Source of the DNA: Candidatus Nealsonbacteria bacterium
GTDB taxonomy: Bacteria; Patescibacteriota; Minisyncoccia; Minisyncoccales; PWPS01
Assembly: GCA_003557645.1 (NCBI GenBank)
Contig: PWNV01000020.1
Span: 78,328 to 142,327, forward strand
Length of the DNA: 64,000 nt
Direction of reading: 5' to 3'
This document shows positions 19,033 to 26,675 of this stretch, in pieces (positions within the stretch are counted from its first letter, which is position 1; each line of letters starts with the position of its first letter). Both the position numbers and the translations under genes were made by a program. The notes beneath the pieces were generated by a model that had not been told where the DNA came from, ran no database searches, and saw only the letters and a program-made list of their open reading frames with translations.

Positions 19033-19830
19033 CTATTTTTCAATCTTCTCCTTTATTAGCTCAATATTCTTCTGAGTTATTTCGCTCCCTTTCTCGATAA
19101 TGCATCTTCCTTTCTCCTTTTTTAGAAAACTGGATATATCCAAAAAACCATCTTCGTTTTCAAGTTCCGGTTCTAGCAAGATATCTGCTCCAACTCTGTG
19201 ATAATTAGCCAGGTGATGCTGAAGAGATCTAATCGCCATTCCCACACTTCTTCGGGCACTCATTTTCCTTCTACCTCTAAGGGATTGAGGATATTTATCA
19301 AGATTAACAGCCAATACTACACCAGAATCCTTTTTCGCCCTTTCCACCGGCAAGGGATCAGATAAGCCACCATCCCAAAAAATATTTCCATCTTTTCTTA
19401 GTGGCTCAATAATCATCGGAAAAGCTATACTTGCGTGAACGCCTTCTGATAAACTGCCTTTATTGAAATAGACCGGTTGAGCTGTGAAGTAATCCGTTGC
19501 CACCGTTTCTAGTGGTATTTCAAGATCCTCAAAATTAGTTTTCCCAAAAAGATTGTCTAGCTCCCTTCTTAGCTTTTCTCCGCCAATCAACCCCCTCCTT
19601 ATATCCAATCTCAAAAGTGAGCAAAGCTCTTTCCAGTCAAAATCAAAAGAAAATTCCTCTGCCTTTTTGTAGCTTCCGAATTTACAAAAAAAACCTCCAA
19701 CAAATGCTCCTATGCTTGAACCAATAATACGATCAGGAACAATCCCGTTTTCTTCCAATGTTTTTAAAACTCCTAGATGCGCAAATCCTCGTGTTCCTCC
19801 TGAGCCCAAAACTAATGTTATTTTTTTCAT
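19033..19830 (-). CDS. patatin-like phospholipase
   Basis: Oxyanion GSGGTRG, lipase GSSIG, and a later catalytic Asp region DGG. Confidence 0.85.
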   Translation of the reverse strand: MKKITLVLGSGGTRGFAHLGVLKTLEENGIVPDRIIGSSIGAFVGGFFCKFGSYKKAEEFSFDFDWKELCSLLRLDIRRGLIGGEKLRRELDNLFGKTNFEDLEIPLETVATDYFTAQPVYFNKGSLSEGVHASIAFPMIIEPLRKDGNIFWDGGLSDPLPVERAKKDSGVVLAVNLDKYPQSLRGRRKMSARRSVGMAIRSLQHHLANYHRVGADILLEPELENEDGFLDISSFLKKEKGRCIIEKGSEITQKNIELIKEKIEK

Positions 19831-19842
19831 TTTTAAGAATTT

Positions 19843-20334
19843 CTATTTTATGGTATCTAGAACAAGAGAAATGTTATTTTTTACTCCTTTTTCGGATTCT
19901 ATGTTCTTCAATCTGTAGTCAAGCTCCCATATCGCCGACTTGTTACTGTCGTACCTTAGCTTTTCCATAGCATCCTGCAAATTTGTCCAGATATACTCGC
20001 TGTGCTCTTCTCCAATAACCAAGTCCTTAGAAAATACTTTTATACCAAAAGATATCTCAGGAATCATTACAATCTCCTTCCCCCATTCCATTCCGCGAAT
20101 GTTTTCCGCTGGAATTGTTGTCGTTGAGGCAAGCCTAATATACTCTACACCTGAAGAAACTGAAATCTCTTCATAAACTTCTCTTTTAACCGTATCTATT
20201 GGTCTTTCACCCTCTTCACCTCCTCCGGCAACTCCTTGCCAGATTCCCGTATTTTTTCTTTTAAATATTGCGTAGTAATAATTTTCACCTTCCTTTATAA
20301 AAGGAAAAGCCAGTATCTGATAAGGGGATCTCAT
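19843..20334 (-). CDS. NUDIX hydrolase
   Basis: Nudix box GGGEEGERPIDTVKREVYEEI. Confidence 0.8.
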   Translation of the reverse strand: MRSPYQILAFPFIKEGENYYYAIFKRKNTGIWQGVAGGGEEGERPIDTVKREVYEEISVSSGVEYIRLASTTTIPAENIRGMEWGKEIVMIPEISFGIKVFSKDLVIGEEHSEYIWTNLQDAMEKLRYDSNKSAIWELDYRLKNIESEKGVKNNISLVLDTIK

Positions 20335-20431
20335 GTTTTTATTAGTTAGTTATTTGTTAATTCTATCACAAAACAGAAGCCCTGGAAACTTCAGGGCCTC
20401 AGTTAAAGAGAAAAGTTTTCAACAAAATTAC

Positions 20432-21097
20432 TTATAATCCACGTCCTTTTCCTTTCCTTGCTCTACGTGATAGTTCATCACGAAGTTCTTCTGCAACCTT
20501 CTCAGAGAGACCAGGCAAAAGGCCTTCTGCGCCTGCGCTTCCGGAACCCCCTGTCCCGGCAGTAAATATCTTCAAGCTTGAAAGTCCTAATATGCGATCT
20601 ATTATTCCTCGCTGAACATTGATGTTCTGAATTCTTTCGTAGGGAATGGTTGTGTATTTTTTAGCTATAACTCCATACTCTTTACGAAAATCTTCTTCTG
20701 CAAGCTCATAACGATAATATTTATAGGCTAACTTCGCCCAGATGTAAGAAAGCAACAAGAGAACTAAAATAAAAATCAGTGAAATAGTTGGAACTCCGAT
20801 TTCTGCTGCACTTAAAACTGGGCCAAGCCATAAAAATAGAAAAAACAAACCGACGATGACAGACATCACAGAGGAAAAGAAAAAAACCCACGTTGCTTTT
20901 GGATCAAGTTGTTTTAATCCGGTAGAAGAAAATGGTGTGCTCGGTGGAGGTGGCGGTGCTTGATCAAAAATTCCAAGCGCTTCGTTAACATCATTCTCTT
21001 TCCATCCTGCGTTCAGAAGGCTATTCTTTATCTCCTCTTTGCTTTTTCCTTTTTCTGTTTGATTTTTAATATAATCTGATAGTTGTTGATTGCTCAT
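20432..21097 (-). CDS. membrane protein with bacterial PH (YdbS/bPH_2-like) domain, tandem paralog 1
   Basis: Small N-terminal helical domain (SDYIKNQ..GKSKEEIKNSLL.AGW), a poly-Pro linker and two TM helices. The C-terminal YRYELAEEDF...TIPYERIQN..VQRGI..R.LGLS segment is typical of bPH_2. Confidence 0.7.
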   Translation of the reverse strand: MSNQQLSDYIKNQTEKGKSKEEIKNSLLNAGWKENDVNEALGIFDQAPPPPPSTPFSSTGLKQLDPKATWVFFFSSVMSVIVGLFFLFLWLGPVLSAAEIGVPTISLIFILVLLLLSYIWAKLAYKYYRYELAEEDFRKEYGVIAKKYTTIPYERIQNINVQRGIIDRILGLSSLKIFTAGTGGSGSAGAEGLLPGLSEKVAEELRDELSRRARKGKGRGL

Positions 21098-21106
21098 ATT
21101 AATTTT

Positions 21107-21787
21107 TTAATTATTTTTTAAATACCTTGATCTATATGTTAACTCATCACGAAGCTCCTCTGCCTCTCTTCGAGAGACTCCAAGCAGTAATCCTTCTGCA
21201 CCATCCATTCCAGAACCTCCTGTTCCAGCCGTGAATATTTTTAAGCTTGAAAGTCCTAAAATACGATCTAGGATACCTCGTTGAATACTGATATTCTGTA
21301 TACGCTCATATGGAATAGTCGTGTATTTTTTGAAAACAACTCCTAACTCTTTACGAAAATCTTCTTCTGCAAGCTCATAACGATAATATTTATAAGTCAG
21401 TTTTGCCCAAACATAAGAAAAAGGTAATCCCAAGAGCAATATAGCTACAGAAAACATTAGCAACGCCTCCATATTCAAATCATGAACTGCCGTCGGATCA
21501 AGTAAGGGAATTATTATCATTAGAACAGGGAAAAAAAGTATAACTATAAAAGGAATTATAAACCTTAAGAAGAAAGCCCAAATTACTTTTGGATCAAGTT
21601 GTTTTAATCCGGTAGAAGAAAATGGTGTGCTCGGAGGAGGTGGCGGTGCTTGATCAAAAATTCCAAGCACTTCGTTAACGTCATTCTCTTTCCATCCTGC
21701 TTCCAGAAGGCTATTCTTTATCTCTTCTTTTCTTTTCCCTTTTTCTATTTGATTTTTAATATAATCTGACAGTTGTTGATTAATCAT
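21107..21787 (-). CDS. membrane protein with bacterial PH domain, tandem paralog 2
   Basis: Same architecture as 20432..21097. Long stretches of the N-terminal coding region are nearly identical at the nucleotide level. Confidence 0.7.
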   Translation of the reverse strand: MINQQLSDYIKNQIEKGKRKEEIKNSLLEAGWKENDVNEVLGIFDQAPPPPPSTPFSSTGLKQLDPKVIWAFFLRFIIPFIVILFFPVLMIIIPLLDPTAVHDLNMEALLMFSVAILLLGLPFSYVWAKLTYKYYRYELAEEDFRKELGVVFKKYTTIPYERIQNISIQRGILDRILGLSSLKIFTAGTGGSGMDGAEGLLLGVSRREAEELRDELTYRSRYLKNN

Positions 21788-21975
21788 ATATTATATTTAC
21801 TTATTAATTTATATTAACTTTACCATATTACAAAACAAAAACCCAAGGGTAGTCGTAAAATTAATCATCTTCTATCATATGAGACTACAAAATAACAAAC
21901 AATACTTTTCTTATCTAAATCCTAAAAAAATTTCAATAAAAAATTGGCAAGCTCAAAAAAATATCCTAATTATCT

Positions 21976-22479
21976 TTATTTTTCCTTAAATTCTTTGATC
22001 AAAATATTTAATTCATCTAGGGAAAGCGTTGAAAGAACCGAGTTTGCTGCCCAATTTTCTTGTGTTATGTCTTCTCCAAACCAACTAGGTGCATCAAATT
22101 TACTTCTTTTTTCTTCACTTGGAAACTCAACTTCCACCATTGCAAAACCATTAAGCCTATCTCGAAAAACATCCACTTCTGCGGTTAAGTCTCCTAAAGG
22201 ATAAAAATATCTTTTCTTTGATATTTTTTTAAGACAAACTTTCCACAAAAGATTAAACTCTTCTTCTTTTATGGTAATGCTTGTTTCGTTGAAACGACTA
22301 CAATCACATTCATCTATCTTGACCTTTTTTGTGAGGGTAAAAATTTGATTGTTTTCGCTTCTTATTCTAAGCGGACTCGGAAGGCCTGAAAAATAACCTT
22401 GCTTTATTTCAATCCTTTTTTGTTCTTCTAGATCCTTTGGAAGGTTTTTGATTAAAAAAGTTAGTTCATTTTCAAACAT
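21976..22479 (-). CDS. CYTH domain protein (triphosphate tunnel metalloenzyme)
   Basis: ELTFLIKNLP...IKQGYF...LRIR...LTKK...VDVF...GFAMVEVEF pattern. Confidence 0.75.
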   Translation of the reverse strand: MFENELTFLIKNLPKDLEEQKRIEIKQGYFSGLPSPLRIRSENNQIFTLTKKVKIDECDCSRFNETSITIKEEEFNLLWKVCLKKISKKRYFYPLGDLTAEVDVFRDRLNGFAMVEVEFPSEEKRSKFDAPSWFGEDITQENWAANSVLSTLSLDELNILIKEFKEK

Positions 22480-22495
22480 TATTTAATTTTGTTAT

Positions 22496-23236
22496 TCATT
22501 TTTTTTCCATAACTGCAATATATCGAGGACCCTCCTTTTCATCAATAAACTCTTTAATCCTCCACCCAGTATCTTTTAAGATATTTTTCATTTCACTCTT
22601 GGAGGCAAGGAGATAATCAAACCAATCTCCTGTATAATTTTTAAACCTTATTCTTATACGATTCTGTCCAACCATTCTTCCTCTCTCTTTGTTCTTTCTA
22701 TGATATGCAAGATGTGCAGGATTCTTAGTATCATATGGATTCGTAGTTTCTGCAATAATCAAAGCGCTGTCAGTCGTAATTCTATATAATTTCTTAAGCA
22801 ACCTTTTCGCCTTTTTAAAGTTACCAAAAAGACCAAAATTGTTACCAAACATAAAAACGGTATCAAAAGACTTCTCTTTAAAATAGTCAACATCTTCAAT
22901 AGCAAGTACTTTTGCCTTCTTTACTCCTCTCTCCTTGCAAACTTTAATTGCTAGTGGTGAGTTATCAATAGAAGTTACACTAAATTTTTTTTGTTGAAGA
23001 TAAAGGGCAAGTCTTCCTGCTCCAGCACCAATATCAAGAACTTCTCCTTTCGCTTTCTTTACCGCCTTTTTTTGAATATCCGGCCACTCTCTATAGTCGC
23101 TGAAATATAAGGCTGGTGCATTTACGGAAATATCAAGAAAGCCATCATCCCTTTCAACAGCTTCATAGGCATCTTCTTTTTTCAGGAAAACCATTAACTC
23201 TTGCCCATAAGCATCTTTGTTTTTATCCATTTCCAT
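22496..23236 (-). CDS. class I SAM-dependent methyltransferase
   Basis: Motif I VLDIGAGAGRLALYL, followed by SIDNSP. Confidence 0.8.
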   Translation of the reverse strand: MEMDKNKDAYGQELMVFLKKEDAYEAVERDDGFLDISVNAPALYFSDYREWPDIQKKAVKKAKGEVLDIGAGAGRLALYLQQKKFSVTSIDNSPLAIKVCKERGVKKAKVLAIEDVDYFKEKSFDTVFMFGNNFGLFGNFKKAKRLLKKLYRITTDSALIIAETTNPYDTKNPAHLAYHRKNKERGRMVGQNRIRIRFKNYTGDWFDYLLASKSEMKNILKDTGWRIKEFIDEKEGPRYIAVMEKK

Positions 23237-23335
23237 TATTAACCTTTAATAAAAAGGTTGATTTATTTACTAATTAATTATTCTGCTGAATATATTATAA
23301 CAGAATTAATGGGATGCTGAAAAGTGAAGTTCAAT

Positions 23336-23363
23336 AAAAAAGCGGCTGTTGAGAGGTGCCGCT
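23336..23363 (-). terminator. rho-independent terminator closing the micro-ORF operon
   Basis: Stem agcggc/gccgct followed by U6 on the minus strand. Confidence 0.6.
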
Positions 23364-23397
23364 TGAACCTTTTTTTAAGAAAATGAACAAATGTGAT

Positions 23398-23565
23398 TTA
23401 GAGCAAATCATTTCTTCTCTGTCGCTCTATTCGTGCATATATATTTTTTTCATCTCTTTCTTTGATCTCTCTTGCAAACGCTTCGCTAAAAGCGTCGTCC
23501 TCTGAAAAATATTCTCCCCTTTCATGAGATTTTTCTGTCGGTTTATAATCTTTCTTCTTTTTCAC
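23398..23565 (-). CDS. micro-ORF, 55 aa, highly charged
   Basis: Below the ORF-track cutoff. GTG start 7 nt after aaaggaggagag. Translates to (M)KKKKDYKPTEKSHERGEYFSEDDAFSEAFAREIKERDEKNIYARIERQRRNDLL. Confidence 0.4.
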   Translation of the reverse strand: MKKKKDYKPTEKSHERGEYFSEDDAFSEAFAREIKERDEKNIYARIERQRRNDLL

Positions 23566-23592
23566 CTAATCTCTCCTCCTTTAAATAATCCT

Positions 23593-23646
23593 CTACCACT
23601 TCCACAATCCGCTGTACAAAAACAATTTTCCTAGAAATCTTTTCAC
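23593..23646 (-). CDS. micro-ORF, 17 aa, cationic amphipathic Trp-rich peptide
   Basis: GTG start 7 nt after aaaggagg. Translates to (M)KRFLGKLFLYSGLWKW. Ends about 12 nt before the SD of the next ORF. Confidence 0.25.
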   Translation of the reverse strand: MKRFLGKLFLYSGLWKW

Positions 23647-23722
23647 ACTGATTCCTCCTTTAAGTCTTTTGACTTAACTTCTAGAGCATCCCTTAATCTT
23701 CCTCAAAAATAATTTCAAAGAG

Positions 23723-23881
23723 CTAAAGAGCTTTTAAGTAGTTTTGCACTGCTTCTATTTTTGCTTTGTCTTTACTTCCAATAAGCGCGCTTACTATACG
23801 ATATTTTTCGCTAGACATCACACCCTTATCCTTTTTTTCTTTTAGCTTTTCTAGTAATTTTTGTTCCTTATTATTTTCCAA
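23723..23881 (-). CDS. micro-ORF, 52 aa, Lys-rich helical
   Basis: TTG start 6 nt after aaaggaggg. Translates to (M)ENNKEQKLLEKLKEKKDKGVMSSEKYRIVSALIGSKDKAKIEAVQNYLKAL. Confidence 0.35.
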   Translation of the reverse strand: MENNKEQKLLEKLKEKKDKGVMSSEKYRIVSALIGSKDKAKIEAVQNYLKAL

Positions 23882-24028
23882 AACAAACCCTCCTTTCAAA
23901 GTTTAAATTTTTAGAAAACCTAAAAAGTGCTTATATTCTAAAATATTTTAATTGTTTTGTAAAATTTAAGAAAAATATTATAAGATAAGCATGACGCTCT
24001 ATACTGGTAAATTCCGAGTTTCTCTTCC

Positions 24029-24056
24029 TTGACATTCTGAAAGAAAGATTTACAAT
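24029..24056 (+). promoter_or_regulatory. near-consensus sigma70-type promoter
   Basis: TTGACA (24029-24034), 16-nt spacer, TACAAT (24051-24056). No annotated plus-strand gene lies downstream, only the hairpin-rich region. Confidence 0.4.
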
Positions 24057-24062
24057 AGAGAA

Positions 24063-24400
24063 AAACTTTTGAAATTACTATGAAAGAAAAAATTAATCAA
24101 TCGTTATCTATCGTCGTAGTAGTCCTCCTTTTAAGGAGGGGGGCTTTGTTTTTCTAACCACTCAAGAGAGTGAACAAAAACAAACCCTCCCTAAAAACTT
24201 AGGGAGGTTTTTAATTGCCCCCGTGCCAAAGAAAAAATCTTTTTTGGTACGGGGGGAATAAGGGAAGAAATCCTTACCAGGATACCGGTCAAACTCCTTG
24301 CGAGAAAACCTCCAAATTGAGTTACCGGGACTTCCTCCCTCCTCCCGTAACCAGATGGAGGGAAGCACAAAAAAGGCCCTTATTAAAAAGGGCTCTTTTT
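24063..24400. ncRNA. candidate structured RNA of unknown class (GC-rich multi-hairpin island)
   Basis: At least six stable hairpins lie in an otherwise AT-rich ORF-free region, e.g. 24124-24139, 24159-24172, 24182-24210, 24218-24256 (13 bp) and 24331-24366. A terminator-like hairpin sits at 24376-24400. The strand is unresolved. Confidence 0.4.
24080..24157 (+). CDS. possible 25-aa hydrophobic micro-ORF
   Basis: ATG..TAA encodes MKEKINQSLSIVVVVLLLRRGALFF, starting 17-18 nt after the predicted TSS. No SD is present, so it may not be translated. Confidence 0.2.
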   Translation: MKEKINQSLSIVVVVLLLRRGALFF

Positions 24401-24497
24401 ATACTAAAAAAACCTTATATATGTTTTTATTTTTGAAAGCGCCCCTTTAAAATGTAGAGATGTTAATTTAATTTTTTTAAAAAAAGAGCGTAAGTAT

Positions 24498-24866
24498 TTA
24501 GATACCACGCCCCAAGTAAAAGATCACAAAAGCAATTCCTGTTGTATTGATAATTACGGCCAACAAATAGTATGCATTAAATATATACAGCAACGTGAAA
24601 GAACTTAATTTGAAACTTCTCCCAAAAACAATAAAGGATTGCTTCTGGAGTCCAAAACGATAATAGAGATACACGCATATAGCAAGTGGCACTATAACTT
24701 TTACATATACCGCAAAATTTGACGATATTCCTCGGAAATGTTCTATTACCAAATTAAGTTCCTGTAAGTGATAATGCCTTATTCCAATCTCGGTTATTAT
24801 CATATCAGCAGCACTCAGAAAAACTAGCAACGTTGACAGTAATAGGAATTTTCTTTTTGCCATCAA
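24498..24866 (-). CDS. small membrane protein (DUF5658-like)
   Basis: 122 aa with four TM helices. N-terminal SAADMIITEIGI...ELN resembles DUF5658, recalled from memory. SD aaggagg lies upstream. Confidence 0.4.
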   Translation of the reverse strand: MMAKRKFLLLSTLLVFLSAADMIITEIGIRHYHLQELNLVIEHFRGISSNFAVYVKVIVPLAICVYLYYRFGLQKQSFIVFGRSFKLSSFTLLYIFNAYYLLAVIINTTGIAFVIFYLGRGI

Positions 24867-24950
24867 TTAAATTACCTCCTTTAATTTTTCAGGGTACAAA
24901 CTTTGTTCATTATACAATAAGTTTTTAAAAATGCAATATTTTTCTTATCA

Positions 24951-25268
24951 CTAAGAAATTTTTGCACCTGGAGCTATGTCTTTGTCCGGTACAAGGAGGG
25001 AAAGATCTTCTTCATCGACAGCAAGAAGCATTCCTTGACTCTCTAATCCAAATATCTTTCTAGGTTTTAAATTGTAAACAATAACTATATTCTTTCCTTC
25101 AAGCTCTTTGGGAATATAGCTTTCAGCAATTCCAGAAACAATTTGTCTTTTCTCTTCTCCCACATCTACTTCAATCTTCAAAAGTTTATCTGTTCCGTCC
25201 ACTTTTTCTGCTTTTAAGATCTTCGCTGCTCTTAAATCTACTTTTTTAAAATCATCAAAATTTATCAT
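24951..25268 (-). CDS. tRNA-binding domain protein (CsaA/EMAP-like)
   Basis: DFKKVDLRAAKILKAEKVDGTDKLLKIEVDVGEEKRQIVSGIA. Start taken at the internal Met (MINFDDF) to avoid overlap with Pif1; the ORF track extends to 25376. Confidence 0.8.
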   Translation of the reverse strand: MINFDDFKKVDLRAAKILKAEKVDGTDKLLKIEVDVGEEKRQIVSGIAESYIPKELEGKNIVIVYNLKPRKIFGLESQGMLLAVDEEDLSLLVPDKDIAPGAKIS

Positions 25269-25326
25269 TTTAAATATATTATCTTTATTAATTTTCAAAC
25301 TTGGGTTTTTAAAGTAGCGTGAAGCT

Positions 25327-26622
25327 TTACACTCCTCGCCTCTTTTCTTTAAGTGTTCGCCAAAACTCTTTCCCATCTTCTTCTGATGCTTTCTTGAAAG
25401 CCCTATCTATTTTGATAACCTCTTCATTTGCCTGAAGCGCTGTTTTATTTAATCCTATAAGACGTAAGCCTTCAAGTGAACGAATTCTTGAAAGAGCAAC
25501 ATATCCCATTCCCGGCTCAAAAGCCCTACTAAGATCAATCTCTGCAGCATCTAGTGTTGTTCCTTGGCTTTTATGCACCGTAACTGCCCACGCTAAGCGC
25601 AGTGGCAATTGCCTTACCTCTGCCTTCACCTCCCCCTCTTCTTCAATATTCCACTTTTCTTGCTCTACTTTCACGTACCTTCCTTTCTGTGTTCTTACAA
25701 CCGGCATTTCTTCCTGAAATCTTACAACACGTCCAAGAGTTCCATTAACATACCCTTTCTCTGGATTATTTTTAACAAACATCACCACTGCATCTTTTTT
25801 AAGCTCCAGTCTCTTTGGAGTAAGAAGATTTTTCTCTAAAGTGCTCGCTAGTCTTTCCGGCCCACTCTTTTTCATGTTAAAAACTTTTTGTTTGCCGGAA
25901 AGTTTTTCCAGTTCTCTGGCATTTATATTATCCACATTCACATTGTGAGTATAGAGTTTTGTAATCTCTTCTCCTTCTTTTATCTTAGCCATATATCGTC
26001 CCTTCAAAAGATTTATAACATCCTCATTCACTTCATTCTTCCTTATGGACTCTAAAACAAAAAGAAGATCCTTTTCCTTGTGTCGATGCTGCTCTGTAAG
26101 ATAACAAACTCTTAAATCTAATTCTCTCCATGCTCTGCCCTTATAGGCAAAACCTGTTCCCTGGGAGTAAAGATTGTGATCACTTTTTATCGGTGGAAGC
26201 TGAAAAAAATCACCACAAAGAATTACCTGCATTCCTCCAAAAGGTTCTTCACTTTTTAAAAAACTACGTATAATTTTGTCAGCTATATCAAGCTGATCCA
26301 AAGAAAGCATTGATATTTCATCAATAATGAGAACTCGAGTTTTCTCTAATTTCTTAATAAGGTAACTTTTTTTGAGGACACGATTAAGGTCACTAGAAGT
26401 AAGTTGATTTAAGACCCCCATGCCACTAAAGGAGTGAATCGTTACTCCCCCAATATGAGTTGCCGCAATTCCTGTAGAAGCGGTTATTCCAACTGAAACT
26501 CCTTTCTTTTTCAAAAAACTTATATAATCACTTAAAAGATGAGTTTTCCCTGAGCCTGCACACCCAGTAAGAAACACATTGTAACCCGCCTTTAAAATTT
26601 CAAAAGCTTCCTTTTGTTTCAT
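25327..26622 (-). CDS. Pif1/RecD-family SF1B DNA helicase
   Basis: Walker A GCAGSGKTHLL, motif II LIIDEISML, GDFFQLPP, and C-terminal TVHKSQGTTLD. Confidence 0.85.
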   Translation of the reverse strand: MKQKEAFEILKAGYNVFLTGCAGSGKTHLLSDYISFLKKKGVSVGITASTGIAATHIGGVTIHSFSGMGVLNQLTSSDLNRVLKKSYLIKKLEKTRVLIIDEISMLSLDQLDIADKIIRSFLKSEEPFGGMQVILCGDFFQLPPIKSDHNLYSQGTGFAYKGRAWRELDLRVCYLTEQHRHKEKDLLFVLESIRKNEVNEDVINLLKGRYMAKIKEGEEITKLYTHNVNVDNINARELEKLSGKQKVFNMKKSGPERLASTLEKNLLTPKRLELKKDAVVMFVKNNPEKGYVNGTLGRVVRFQEEMPVVRTQKGRYVKVEQEKWNIEEEGEVKAEVRQLPLRLAWAVTVHKSQGTTLDAAEIDLSRAFEPGMGYVALSRIRSLEGLRLIGLNKTALQANEEVIKIDRAFKKASEEDGKEFWRTLKEKRRGV

Positions 26623-26675
26623 CTAATTATTTTCTAAAACTTTGCCTCTCAGTTCTTATATCTTTTTTAAACAAG

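Noticed and set aside
24320-24345. An RNase P CR-I-like string (GGGAGGAAGUCCCGGU on the minus strand) inside the 24.1-24.4 kb hairpin island, with distant CR-IV/CR-V-like strings further downstream.
   Set aside because: A bona fide rnpB with P1, CR-I, CR-IV, CR-V and P4 pairing lies at 52776..53107. In the 24-kb locus the putative CR-IV and CR-V would be about 80 nt apart, P4 pairs poorly, and the CR-II/III-like strings are in the wrong order. The match sits in a polypurine tract and is probably fortuitous.
24063-24400. Tested the hairpin island as tmRNA, SRP (4.5S) RNA, or a cobalamin, FMN, c-di-GMP or preQ1 riboswitch.
   Set aside because: There is no tRNA-like T-arm (GGTTCGA) or GGGG...CCA ends for tmRNA. 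The SRP helix-8 core (GGAAGCAGC with a GNAR loop in context) is missing. There is no B12 box, and only partial chance resemblances (UUACCAGG, AAUAAGGGAAG). Hence it is left as unknown class.
24162-24436. ORF-track ORFs 24162..24368 (-) 68 aa and 24215..24436 (+) 73 aa.
   Set aside because: They overlap each other inside the GC-rich stems. They use codons atypical of this genome, read through the terminator-like hairpin, and give low-complexity Pro/Lys/Arg-rich products.
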